NCBI GenBank assembly: GCA_963777155.1
Contig: CAVZPM010000011.1
Coordinates: 1 to 64,000, forward strand
Direction: 5' to 3'
DNA from: Candidatus Bathyarchaeota archaeon
Lineage (GTDB): Archaea > Thermoproteota > Bathyarchaeia > Bathyarchaeales > Bathycorpusculaceae
DNA: 64,000 nucleotides
In this document: positions 1-10,277 of the stretch, piece by piece
Numbering within the stretch: position 1 is the first letter of the stretch
How the letters are laid out: every line of letters starts with the position of its first letter
Notes under the pieces: generated by a model
What the model was told of the DNA's origin: nothing
The model's database searches: none
The model's input: only the letters and a program-made list of their open reading frames with translations
Position numbers and translations under genes: made by a program

Positions 1-69
1 CTTTCTGGTCGCTAAGTTTGAGTTTTCTTCCTAAAATGCAATTTCCCAAAACTGCTTAAAGATGAAAAA

Positions 70-1349
70 ATGCTGACGGAAATCTTAAATTTATTCTTCT
101 TGTTTTCAGCTTTAATAATCAGTGCTTACCTAATTCGTCATTACATTTTCACCTTAACTGTTTTAAGAAATGTAAAAAACAAGTCTATTAACGCTGCCAC
201 TTGTAGGACCGTGTATGAACCCTCGGTTTCTATTTTAATCCCTGCCCATAACGAGGACAAAGTAATTGGCAGATTACTGCAGAAAATGACTGAACTATCC
301 TATCCCAAAGATAAACTGGAAATCATTTTGATAGATGATGCATCAACAGATAGTACAGGACAAATCGCTGAAGATTACTCAAACCAGCACAACTTCATAA
401 AAGTGCTTCATCGAGACAAGCAAACGGGCGGCAAAGGTAAGGCTTCTGCTCTAAACGCAGCTCTAAAGCAGGCAACAGGTGAGATTGTGCTTTGTTTTGA
501 CGCGGATTATCTCCCGCACTCTGATATCGTAGTTAAAATAGTGGAAAAATTTGCTGATCCAAAGGTTGGGGCAGTTCAAGGACGACCGGTCGTCCTAAAT
601 GAACCCCGCAATATTGTAACCCGATTAATAACCCTAGAACGGATTGGCGGGTACAGAGTTGATCAGGAGGCTCGTGACATTTTAGGTCTTGTACCCCAAT
701 TTGGCGGTACAGTTGGCGGCTTTAGGCGAAGTATTGTGAGTGGTTTTGGCGGTTTTGATGAATCCATGTTGACCGAAGATACCGATCTTACTTTTCAGAT
801 TTACTTGGCTGGCTACAAAATCCGTTACGCAGGTGACGCAGAATGCTACGAGGAGGCGGTTGACACTTGGAAGGCTTATTGGCGGCAAAGGCACAGATGG
901 GCTAAGGGACATATGCAGGTTTGTTTTAAGCATGAATACCAAGTTTTGACAAGTAAAAAATTGACGTGGAAAGTGAAAATCGATGGTTTGCTGCTTCTAC
1001 ACATTTACTTTATGCCAATCATTACTTTTCTCTCTTTTCTAGCAGGTGGATTCCTTATTCTTTTTGGTTCACCAGTTGCAGGAGCTCTATGGTTTGTTGT
1101 ACTCGTTTCTTTCTATAGTTTTGTAGGCAACTACGCACCTTTTTTTGAGATAGGGATAGGCGCATATTTGGATGGTAGAAAGCGCGTTCAATGGTTGGCG
1201 CCTTTGATGATTTTCTCTTTTTGTATAACGTGTTCATTTGTACAAAGGCTTTTTTCGATTTGATAGTTGGTAAATTGTTGGGTAGGTCTCACATTGATTG
1301 GGAGAAGACTGAACATTTAGGGAATGGAAATTGTTATATTGAGAACTAA
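70..1349 (+). CDS. GT2 family glycosyltransferase (cellulose synthase-like), frameshift near the 3' end
   Basis: PAHNE, DDAS, FDAD, TED and QRHRW motifs plus TM helices; a second frame continues as ...IDWEKTEHLGNGNCYIEN* to 1349. Confidence 0.85.
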
Positions 1350-1371
1350 ACAATAAGGCATTTCTGATGCT

Positions 1372-1629
1372 ATGATTCCCTTTATTCCATTACTCGTCGC
1401 TTTTCCATTGACTGCCATTGTTGTTATTTTGATGTTTTTACCAGCCCTTATCGAAGTAAAGAGGCCTCAAGATGCAGGACCAAGATTAATAGCTAGCTCC
1501 TTTACACAATTGCGTTTGCACACCATAAGAACAGTCTTGTCAGATATTGAAGAAGAATTGAACTTCGATAGTCAATTAGCCAGCAAAATCGCGATTTTTC
1601 TTGCTTTTGTTCCAAACCTGGAGGCTTAA
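1372..1629 (+). CDS. small membrane protein downstream of the GT2 gene
   Basis: 85 aa ORF with an N-terminal TM segment, co-oriented with GT2. Confidence 0.6.
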   Translation: MIPFIPLLVAFPLTAIVVILMFLPALIEVKRPQDAGPRLIASSFTQLRLHTIRTVLSDIEEELNFDSQLASKIAIFLAFVPNLEA

Positions 1630-1630
1630 G

Positions 1631-2668
1631 CTATTTGAATATCAACTTTGCGTTCTTCCATTGGTCTCTCGCAAGTGTTAGGTGACCTTTTGGGCTTCCG
1701 TGAAGTGAATAGAACATATAGCAGAGATAGTTGCATTGAGTGCATTCATTGTATATCTGTCGCAGTTGCTTAAATTCTGTACTTTTCCATTTTTTGGGCA
1801 ATTCAAAGATTGAGCCTGCGAAGTTGTGGTTGTGGCAACCTGCAACTCTTCCCAAGTGGTCAACCACCAAGAATTGGTTGAGTGCTTGACATTTCCAAGT
1901 TCTGTTGCTGTCTTCCTCATACAGACTTCGCAGTGCTATAAGCAGTTTATCGGTCATGAGAATTTTCCTATTTTTCTTCTTCATTTCAATAAGCTGGTTG
2001 CAGAGGTTAACCATTGCTTGCTTGTCAGTTATCACTAAATCGTCGTTTTCTTTACCTATTTTGAACAATTGTTTGTTGTCTATTGAAGTATCATAAGAAT
2101 AGAGACAATACCAAACTGGGATTCCTTTTCCTGTAAAGTGATTTGTTATATCAACGATTTCATGGAGATTCTTTTGGGAAATCGTCGGTGTAACACTGAC
2201 TTTTATTCCTTCTTTGTGAAGAGTTTCTACGGCTTGCGTACCACTTTTCCAAGCACCAGGTATATTTTTTAGATAATCATGTTTTTTTTCGTCGAGGCTG
2301 TCGATGGAAATTGCTACAAAATCAGCTTTTCGCAAAACATCTATTTTTTGTGCAGCCAAACTTCCATTGTCATAAACCGTTGTAACAAATAATTTTGTTG
2401 CGTAATCGATAATTTCGCCAATGTCCTCTCGAAGCAGTGGATCTCCACCAGAAATTACGAGCTCAACAATGCCGAGTTCCTTTAAAATATCTAAACCTTT
2501 CTTTATTTCGTCGGCTGAGAGTTCTATTTGGTCTTGTTCTTTCCAAACGTTGCAGCCGCGACATTGATAGTTACATTTTCTAGTGACTAGCCACTGCGCA
2601 TGATGCGGTTTGCCAGAAGTAAGTGAACGTGCTGTTATTGATGCTGCTTTCCTGAAACCCGACGTCAA
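1631..2668 (-). CDS. radical SAM protein with a Cys-rich (SPASM/twitch-like) C-terminus
   Basis: CNYQCRGC motif, SGGDPLLR, C-terminal CTQCNYLC. Confidence 0.85.
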   Translation of the reverse strand: MTSGFRKAASITARSLTSGKPHHAQWLVTRKCNYQCRGCNVWKEQDQIELSADEIKKGLDILKELGIVELVISGGDPLLREDIGEIIDYATKLFVTTVYDNGSLAAQKIDVLRKADFVAISIDSLDEKKHDYLKNIPGAWKSGTQAVETLHKEGIKVSVTPTISQKNLHEIVDITNHFTGKGIPVWYCLYSYDTSIDNKQLFKIGKENDDLVITDKQAMVNLCNQLIEMKKKNRKILMTDKLLIALRSLYEEDSNRTWKCQALNQFLVVDHLGRVAGCHNHNFAGSIFELPKKWKSTEFKQLRQIYNECTQCNYLCYMFYSLHGSPKGHLTLARDQWKNAKLIFK

Positions 2669-2803
2669 ATAAATGTCACTAGCCGATTAATTGTTATTAC
2701 CTATCTCAAGTTGGAACTATAAAAACCAATATTGTAAACGTGCATTATCGTTCTTGATTATTTCAAACGGAAAACATGGAGTACTTTCTCTATTTATCTT
2801 TGT

Positions 2804-3811
2804 TTAACGAGCTAATGCAATCCAAAGGTGGTCTGAAATGGGTTTTGGCAGCATTTCTATCGAATCATCTTTGTGTATAAGCATGCGCTTGTTTGGGTTC
2901 AAATTAAATTCCCCAATTACATCAGCGTAAATATGTTCTCTGCAGAGATTATCAACTATTTTGTTTGCCGCCTGAGGATCAGCAGCAATGAGTAAAGCAC
3001 CCGAACTTATCAGTTGAAGCGGGTCTATTTCGTAGAATCTGCAGATTTTAGTGGTTTCCGGTTCAACGATGATTTTTTCTTCTATGACGCGGACACCTAA
3101 ACCTGCTGCATCAGCCATCTCGTGGATACCGTTTAGGATTCCACCTTCAGTTGGGTCATGCATAGCGTGAACTCCTCCTGATCTATAAGCGATTAAGGAA
3201 TCTCTTACGATGCTTATTTGGTTGTAGAAGCCCTTGGCGGTCTCCAGCAGGGTTGAGCTAAAGGTTTTTGAGAGTTGGGTTTCGCGGTCTGTGGCCAATA
3301 TTGCAGTGCCCTCGATTCCTGCGCTCTTAGTTAAGATTAGTTTGTCACCCGCTTTGGCGCCTGCGGCAGTTACGTATTGACCTTTTTCGGTTATGCCCAT
3401 TGTGCAACCCACAACGATAGGGTTTGATAAACCAGGAGTGGATTCGCAGTGGCCGCCCACTATAGCTATGCCCAACTCTTTTGCAGCGTTGTGCATTTGG
3501 TTGCTTATGGTTTCGATGATTTTACTATCAGCGCCCTCTGGAAGCATTATGCATGAGAAGAAAAACGCCGGTTCTACGCCAAAAGTTGCTACATCGTTGG
3601 CATTGATGTTTATAGCTTCCCATCCTATTCGTTCTACCGCGCCGGTAATGGGATCCATGGAAACTATGGCGTTTTTGTTTCCTATATTCAAAACTGCTCC
3701 GTCCACTCCTGCAGCTGGACCTAACATGACTTCGCTGCGGACGACACCCAAGTTTTTGAAAACTACATTTTTTAAGATATCGATTGGAATTTTTCCAGGC
3801 GGAAGCTTCAT
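2804..3811 (-). CDS. AIR synthase-related (PurM/HypE-like) protein
   Basis: MKLPPGK start, SMDPITG, NANDVA, GGHCE, MHDPTEGG. Confidence 0.85.
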   Translation of the reverse strand: MKLPPGKIPIDILKNVVFKNLGVVRSEVMLGPAAGVDGAVLNIGNKNAIVSMDPITGAVERIGWEAININANDVATFGVEPAFFFSCIMLPEGADSKIIETISNQMHNAAKELGIAIVGGHCESTPGLSNPIVVGCTMGITEKGQYVTAAGAKAGDKLILTKSAGIEGTAILATDRETQLSKTFSSTLLETAKGFYNQISIVRDSLIAYRSGGVHAMHDPTEGGILNGIHEMADAAGLGVRVIEEKIIVEPETTKICRFYEIDPLQLISSGALLIAADPQAANKIVDNLCREHIYADVIGEFNLNPNKRMLIHKDDSIEMLPKPISDHLWIALAR

Positions 3812-3830
3812 GTTTATTCCTCTATTTAAT

Positions 3831-4427
3831 CTAGCTTTTAAGTTGTGGGATAACACGGAAAACCGCGTGCATTACTGGTACCGCAACTATTAAGCCGATA
3901 AGCATCTGTACAATATTAAAGGGAACTTCTGCTAAAGCAACCGCGAATGGATAGCCTATAACGAATTGTTCATAAAGAAAATATCCTGCAACCATTTCTA
4001 AACCCCCTATAATGACTGAGATAGTGGCGCACAGAGTAAGGTTTGAGATTCGCTTTCTAAGATTCACGTTCAAAAAGCCAACGATTAATCCTTCTCCACC
4101 TTTGATGAACAGGGTGCCTGGAGCAAACAATCCAAAACCTAGGAAGACATCCGATAGTGCTGAGCCTATTCCCCCAGATAATGCGCCCACCAGCGGACCA
4201 AAAATCAGGGCTGTAACGTAAATGGTTGTTTCTCCGATGTTGAAGTAACCCGACGTAGCGGGGATTGGTATGGGCGGAATCTGCGAAGTGACAACAAACA
4301 CGAGTGCGGCGAAAACTGTTGCTACAGTAATCTTGAAAACTGCGGATTGGTTATACCCATGTTGTTTTGCTGCTGGTTTCTGTTTTTGCTCATTCATTGA
4401 CTTCACAGCTTCAAGTTTCAGAGACAA
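3831..4427 (-). CDS. ECF transporter S component
   Basis: IPIPATSGYFNIGE and GGIGSALSD motifs, multiple TM helices. Confidence 0.85.
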   Translation of the reverse strand: MSLKLEAVKSMNEQKQKPAAKQHGYNQSAVFKITVATVFAALVFVVTSQIPPIPIPATSGYFNIGETTIYVTALIFGPLVGALSGGIGSALSDVFLGFGLFAPGTLFIKGGEGLIVGFLNVNLRKRISNLTLCATISVIIGGLEMVAGYFLYEQFVIGYPFAVALAEVPFNIVQMLIGLIVAVPVMHAVFRVIPQLKS

Positions 4428-4602
4428 ATATTTTAAATCGCACTATTAAAACATCCGTGCTAAATCTATGCCAAAAAGATTTTGTCTTAAAATAAGGAAG
4501 CTACAAGTTTCCGCCAAACCAAAGAAGTAATACGTTGCAGAAGGGGAAAATCTAAATGTGACCTCTTCGCAGAATAATACAGAACTAAAAGAGTTGCAAA
4601 AA

Positions 4603-5007
4603 ATGAGCACAGTTAGAGAAGACCCAATTAAGATGCATAAGGATGCTAACGCATTAATGGAAAACGGCAAATACGCTGAGGCACAAGACCTCTTCGTCAA
4701 GGTAGCTGAACTCTACTATAAAGGTCAAAACTATTTTGGCGCAGCAGAAATGAACTATAAAGCAGGCGAATGCAGTTTTTCACTAAAAGATTACAAGAAA
4801 GCCGCAGAGCTCTTCACAAAATCCGCTGATATTGCCTTAAGCAAAGGATTTGACCGTTATGGCGTTAGTGGACTTGAGCAGGCGCGGGAAAGCCAAAAAG
4901 TGTTGGGCAACACTAAAGAAGCTGACGAGTTAACTAAGAAAATTAATGACCTAAACAAGAAGCAGGAAGAGCCTGAAGGGGAATCATCCTTTTCAGTATT
5001 CTCTTAA
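4603..5007 (+). CDS. TPR-like / alpha-SNAP-like helical repeat protein
   Basis: repeated A-x-x-x-F/Y-x-K-A/S-A/G-E/D helical-hairpin pattern; start uncertain (4558 or 4603). Confidence 0.6.
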   Translation: MSTVREDPIKMHKDANALMENGKYAEAQDLFVKVAELYYKGQNYFGAAEMNYKAGECSFSLKDYKKAAELFTKSADIALSKGFDRYGVSGLEQARESQKVLGNTKEADELTKKINDLNKKQEEPEGESSFSVFS

Positions 5008-5144
5008 GCTTGTCCATTTGCCTTAAAGCCTTTCTTTCTTTGATTGCTAGATTTTTCGCACCAACATTGGCTAAACGCTTAGTTACGGCTAATTAAATAG
5101 GCAGCTGGTACGCTATCTGTATAGAAATAATTTTAGGATCAACC

Positions 5145-6839
5145 ATGCCTGCGCTCTTCAAATCACTCTCTGAACTGCTAGAAAAAGTCGAAGCGACCAA
5201 AAAGCGCCTCGAAATCATAGAGCAAACCGCAAACTACCTGAAAACGCTGGATGCAGATGAGATAGAGCCTGCCGTAAACATGATGGTTGGACTAGCCTTC
5301 CCACTGTACAGCCAAAAAAACCTAGAAGTAAGCTGGTCAACTCTCATTCGCATATTTGAACGCACGAGCACATTTAACTGGGACCTATTCCGCCAAGCTA
5401 TGGCAAGCACAGGTGACATCGGCTCAGCCACAAAAATCATTCTTGAAAATTCCAAACCTAAAAAACAAACCCAACTAACCCAAACATGCCTAACACTTAC
5501 CGAAGTTAGACGTGCATTTGGTGCCATCGCTCAGGCGCAAGGTTCAGGATCAAGAACCAAAAAAGAACGTCTAATCACTACACTGATGAGCCAAGCTACA
5601 CCAGTTGAAGCCAAGTACCTTGTCAAGATTTTTACAGGAGAAATGCGTACGGGTTTGAATGAAGGCTTAATGGAGCAAGCCGTTGCACTTGCCTTCGATG
5701 TTCCTCTCCCAACGGTTCAGCACGCCGGAATGGTTTTAGGTGACATCGGCGAAGTTGCAGAGACCCTGAAATCCCAAGGTCCCAAAGCCATAGAAAAAGC
5801 AGGTTTCATCGTATTTCGCCCTGTAAAGCTCATGCTTGCGCAAAACGCTCAGTCAATTGTCGAAGCGCTGGAGATGCAAGGCGGCAAATCCGCTTTTGAA
5901 TACAAGTACGATGGGGCAAGAGTGCAAATTCACAAACAGAACAACGTGGTTCAGGTCTTCAGTCGAAGATTAACCGATGTAACTGCGAGTTTGCCAGAGG
6001 TGGTTGCAGCCATAAAACAGAACATACCTGCCCAATCCGCCATTGTGGAAGGAGAAGTGATTTCGTTGGATAGCTCGGGCTACCCAATTGCATTCCAGCA
6101 TTTAATACGAAGGTTCAAACGAGTTCGAGACGTTGGCGGAATGATGCATAAGATTCCCTTAACCCTATACCTCTTCGATATACTCTACTTGAACGGCGAG
6201 AGCCTAATTGCCAAACCCTACATCGAACGAAGGAAAATCTTATCTCAAAACATAGGCGACATTCTCCTGACCAGCCAAATGGTCACCAACCAGCAGTCAC
6301 AAGCTCAGGACTTCCTCAAAGAAGCCATAGACGCGGGGCACGAAGGATTGATGGCTAAGAAAACAGACAGCCAATATACGCCTGGGCGTAGAGGCAAACG
6401 GTGGCTTAAAATAAAAACAATCCTTGAACCTTTAGACCTTGTCATAACAGCCGCAGAATATGGTTACGGCAGGCGAAAAGGTTGGCTTTCTGATTATTAT
6501 CTTGCCGCAAGAAACTCTGCCACAGGCGAATTCTTGAACATTGGAAAGACCTTCAAGGGGCTAACTGACATTGAAATCATAGAGTTGACTAGGCGTCTAA
6601 AGGAATCTGCCCTTGACCAAGATGGTCACCGAGTAATAGTCATGCCGAAAATCGTAGTTGAAGTTGCCTACAACGAAATCCAGCAAAGCCCCAAGTACAT
6701 GAGTCAGATGGCGTTACGTTTTGCGAGAATCACCCGTATAAGAGACGACAAAACACCGGAGGAAGCCGACACAATTGGTCGGGTTAGGGAAATATATGAA
6801 AGGCAGTTCCGCAATAAAGGCAAATACAGCACACGTTAA
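5145..6839 (+). CDS. lig: ATP-dependent DNA ligase
   Basis: EYKYDGAR adenylation motif, EGLMAK, WLKIK, ALRFAR. Confidence 0.95.
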   Translation: MPALFKSLSELLEKVEATKKRLEIIEQTANYLKTLDADEIEPAVNMMVGLAFPLYSQKNLEVSWSTLIRIFERTSTFNWDLFRQAMASTGDIGSATKIILENSKPKKQTQLTQTCLTLTEVRRAFGAIAQAQGSGSRTKKERLITTLMSQATPVEAKYLVKIFTGEMRTGLNEGLMEQAVALAFDVPLPTVQHAGMVLGDIGEVAETLKSQGPKAIEKAGFIVFRPVKLMLAQNAQSIVEALEMQGGKSAFEYKYDGARVQIHKQNNVVQVFSRRLTDVTASLPEVVAAIKQNIPAQSAIVEGEVISLDSSGYPIAFQHLIRRFKRVRDVGGMMHKIPLTLYLFDILYLNGESLIAKPYIERRKILSQNIGDILLTSQMVTNQQSQAQDFLKEAIDAGHEGLMAKKTDSQYTPGRRGKRWLKIKTILEPLDLVITAAEYGYGRRKGWLSDYYLAARNSATGEFLNIGKTFKGLTDIEIIELTRRLKESALDQDGHRVIVMPKIVVEVAYNEIQQSPKYMSQMALRFARITRIRDDKTPEEADTIGRVREIYERQFRNKGKYSTR

Positions 6840-6855
6840 CAAGGAGAACAGTCAA

Positions 6856-7890
6856 ATGGATTTGGCAGAAAAACGGTCATTTGCCAGGGAATTCTACAGT
6901 CGTCAGACCATACTCAAAGAGTTGGGCCAGAAGGGGCAGCAGAAGCTTGCGGAATCTAAAGTCGCCGTCATCGGCGTAGGCGGATTAGGTACAGTATCTT
7001 CACTTTACCTGGCTTTGACAGGTGTTGGTTACATCCGTTTAATAGACCAAGACACCATCGAACCACATAACCTCCACCGCCAAATCCTCTACAACCCAGA
7101 CGACCTGCACTACCCCAAAACCGAGGTTGCAGCAAAACGGCTGGAAAAACAAAACCCTCTGGTAAAGGTTGAAGCGATCCCCGAAAACGTGAATGCAGGT
7201 AACGTTGAGCGGCTTCTGAAGGGTGTTGACTGCGTTGTAGATGGGTTAGACAACATGGTCACCCGTTACCTTGTTAATCGCGCCTGCGTAAAACTGGGCA
7301 CCCCCTATGTTTTTGGAGCAGCCATCGGCATAGAAGGCAACTTATCCATTTTTACCCCACCCGAAACAGGTTGCCTTGAATGTTTAATGCCTAATCTCTC
7401 CGACTCAGACCTGCTAACCTGCAACACCCGCGGTGTCCTAGGAGCCACAACTGGAATAATCGGCTCCCTACAAGCGATGGAAACAATAAAACTCCTAACA
7501 GGCGTAGGCTCTACCCTAAAAAATAAGCTGATGGTTTGTGACTTCAGTGACATGGACTTCACCACAATTGACATCTCAAAAAACACCCGTTGCCCCGTAT
7601 GCCACGGCGAAGTAGCGTCGATTGCGGGCGGCGAGCGGTTGGTTTGGCTCTGCGGCAAAGAAACCGCCAACATCAACCCCGAAACCCCTCTTAAACTCAA
7701 CCTCGACGATATCTACCCAAAGGTAAGCAGGCAGTTTCAAATGCGTTTGAAATCACGGTTAGCCCTAATGTTCAATTATAAAAGCTATGAGATCAGCCTT
7801 TTCAACGGCGGACGCATGCTCATCAAAGGAGTAATGGACGAAAAAACTGCTTTAGATGTTTACCGGGAAATCCTAAAGAAATTGTTCTAA
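6856..7890 (+). CDS. HesA/MoeB/ThiF family E1-like adenylyltransferase
   Basis: YSRQ, GVGGLG, NLHRQ, CLEC and CPVC zinc motifs. Confidence 0.9.
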   Translation: MDLAEKRSFAREFYSRQTILKELGQKGQQKLAESKVAVIGVGGLGTVSSLYLALTGVGYIRLIDQDTIEPHNLHRQILYNPDDLHYPKTEVAAKRLEKQNPLVKVEAIPENVNAGNVERLLKGVDCVVDGLDNMVTRYLVNRACVKLGTPYVFGAAIGIEGNLSIFTPPETGCLECLMPNLSDSDLLTCNTRGVLGATTGIIGSLQAMETIKLLTGVGSTLKNKLMVCDFSDMDFTTIDISKNTRCPVCHGEVASIAGGERLVWLCGKETANINPETPLKLNLDDIYPKVSRQFQMRLKSRLALMFNYKSYEISLFNGGRMLIKGVMDEKTALDVYREILKKLF

Positions 7891-9233
7891 AAGAGCTTGA
7901 ATCCAAGCACGCTTATCTCTACCCACAAAATTGTTGCGGCAATTGCAACCTGCGCAACTGACAGTGTGGCGCCGACTTTGAGGTATTCTTTTAGACTGAT
8001 GTCTACGCCTCTACGCCGCATGATTTCCAGCCACATCAAAATAGCCAGCGACCCCAACGGGAAAAAGTGTGGACCCAAATTGTTGCCGATGATGTTGCTG
8101 AACACCAGGTTGGTTAAGGTTGGTCCAGTTACCGCTGCTTGATGAATGCTTAGCATACCCAGGATAGTCATGGGCCAATTGTTCATGAAACTTGCTCCAA
8201 CAGTCACAACCATGCTTGGCGCAAAAACTCCCAGTGCAGATGGGAGCTTGCTGGATGCCGTGAGGGCTGATGCAAGTAAGCTTGTGACGCCTGCCACTTC
8301 CAATCCCTCAACAACTATGAAAATACTGAGCATAAAAAGGACAATGTCCCAATTGATATCCCTTGCCAACCCAAAGAGACCTTTCTTCTCGCCATTGACA
8401 GAGCCATTGCGTTTTAACGCAAACCAATAAACCGCTATCAAAAACACCGTGCCGCTACAAATCACCAATGAAACTGGGAATCTGTTCAGGGAAGTCAATA
8501 CGTAACCAACATCAATTGCCACAAGCGTTATCAAACTTATTTTTAGCAGAATGGGTGAAATCACGGGTTTTCCTATGGTTAGGGAATCTGCTGCTCTGAT
8601 GTCGTAGGTTGTGGGAATGCTCTTTCGGAAGAACAGCCAAATCATTAGCAAACTGCTCACAAGAACCACCACTGCCACGGGACCCATGAAAATCAAGTGG
8701 TCGATGAAGGTGTACTTGAAGTAATCTGCGCTTAGGATGTTAATGGGGTTGCTTGTTATTAGGGGCATAGCGGCGGTGTCAGCGATTAGTCCTGCAGTGA
8801 AGAGGAAAGCAAGTTTTCCCTTTTTGTCGACACCCAGGCAAGTTACTATCTCCAGCACAATCGGGGTGAGAATCAAAACCGCGCTGTCGTTAGCAAAAAG
8901 TATGCTCACAGCCGCGGTTAGGAGGGCAATGTAGAAGTAAAGCCTCAGCCCGCTTCCGCCAGCCGCCCTCACCACTCGTAGTGCAGCCCACCTAAAGAAA
9001 CCCATCGCGTCCAAAGTCACAGACAACGCGATGATCCCAAGAAACGCTAACGCAGCATCCCAAATGTCTAAAAACGACTGCGCAGCCTGCCCCAAACTCA
9101 CCGTCCCCAACAAAAGTGATGCCACCGCGCCGATGCCAGCTGCATAACCGAGCCGTAAACCCCGCGGACGCTTAATCATCAAGAAAAGCGTTACAACAAA
9201 GATCGCCAACGCAGCAACGACTAAGTAGTCCAA
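7887..9233 (-). CDS. ArsB/NhaD family ion transporter
   Basis: NDSAVLILTP, SNPINI, GSLAILMW, about 12 TM helices. Confidence 0.85.
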   Translation of the reverse strand: MDYLVVAALAIFVVTLFLMIKRPRGLRLGYAAGIGAVASLLLGTVSLGQAAQSFLDIWDAALAFLGIIALSVTLDAMGFFRWAALRVVRAAGGSGLRLYFYIALLTAAVSILFANDSAVLILTPIVLEIVTCLGVDKKGKLAFLFTAGLIADTAAMPLITSNPINILSADYFKYTFIDHLIFMGPVAVVVLVSSLLMIWLFFRKSIPTTYDIRAADSLTIGKPVISPILLKISLITLVAIDVGYVLTSLNRFPVSLVICSGTVFLIAVYWFALKRNGSVNGEKKGLFGLARDINWDIVLFMLSIFIVVEGLEVAGVTSLLASALTASSKLPSALGVFAPSMVVTVGASFMNNWPMTILGMLSIHQAAVTGPTLTNLVFSNIIGNNLGPHFFPLGSLAILMWLEIMRRRGVDISLKEYLKVGATLSVAQVAIAATILWVEISVLGFKLF

Positions 9234-9356
9234 GAGGGTGCCTCGTATCTTTTAGCATGTGTCGGTTTCAGGTATAAAGATTAGCTTGGAAAAAAAGCAA
9301 GTAATTAAGGCGTACTCAAACCGAAATTTAGGGTACAAAGAACGTTTGAGGAGTGA

Positions 9357-10241
9357 TTGTATGCAGGTACCAGTTTCACTTTCACTCTACCCTCCAATGT
9401 TATGGAATGTTGCTTGGTTGATAGGTTAAATAGGCTATTCGTGCGTAATGCGTTTTTGTGGAAAGATATGCAACAGACTCTACTGCAACAGAACCTAATA
9501 ATGAAATCTTCAACGGCACAAACAGTACTAACAAGGTTTGCTTTTAATATTCGAGACATCGATGGACTTTTTCCCGGTTTCAAAGCAGGGGACTTCGCTG
9601 TACTATATGGTCCCCAATCAGTTACTTCTTTGATGTCTAAACTCTGCGCTCGTGCTCAATTACCTGTGAAACTTGGCGGACTAGAAAGCAACGTTGTTTT
9701 CATTGATTGCGCAAACAGCTCTTCATTTTCAGACATCGGACACGCAGCAAAGATTGAACAATTAGACGCAGAAGCAGCACTTGAACGAGTCCACAACATA
9801 CGAGTGTACACAGCATACCGACTAACTTCTTTGATAATGGAAAGACTACAGGAAGCCGTAGAAACACATGATGCTAGACTTGTAGTAATCTCCGACATAG
9901 CAGGTCCATTCCTACATGACAATGTTGATGACCAAGAAGCAAGAACATTCTACAGTCAAATCACAAGTTACCTCGCCAACTTTGCGAAAAAACATCGTCT
10001 AATAATAATCGCAACTTATCTCTCACATGAAACTAGTAGAAGAAACAGTATTCTGCAAGAAATAACTACTTCAAAAGCAAGTACAGTTCTACGCTTCACT
10101 AAAACACCTTACACCAAAGAAGTAGAGTTAGAAAAGCATCCATCCTACATGTTAGGCGTCGTTGATTTGACCTCAGAAAATCAAGCCTTAACTGATTTTA
10201 TTGGTGCGGCTAGTGACAGCAAGGATTATTTTTTGATGTAA
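9357..10241 (+). CDS. RadA/RadB-fold protein with a degenerate Walker A (inactive RadA paralog)
   Basis: IDGLFPGF..G, LPVKLGGL..VVFID, LVVISD; the P-loop reads YGPQSVTS; start uncertain. Confidence 0.75.
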   Translation: MYAGTSFTFTLPSNVMECCLVDRLNRLFVRNAFLWKDMQQTLLQQNLIMKSSTAQTVLTRFAFNIRDIDGLFPGFKAGDFAVLYGPQSVTSLMSKLCARAQLPVKLGGLESNVVFIDCANSSSFSDIGHAAKIEQLDAEAALERVHNIRVYTAYRLTSLIMERLQEAVETHDARLVVISDIAGPFLHDNVDDQEARTFYSQITSYLANFAKKHRLIIIATYLSHETSRRNSILQEITTSKASTVLRFTKTPYTKEVELEKHPSYMLGVVDLTSENQALTDFIGAASDSKDYFLM

Positions 10242-10277
10242 TGAAGATTTAGAAACTAAAGAAGAAGAAAAAGAGTT

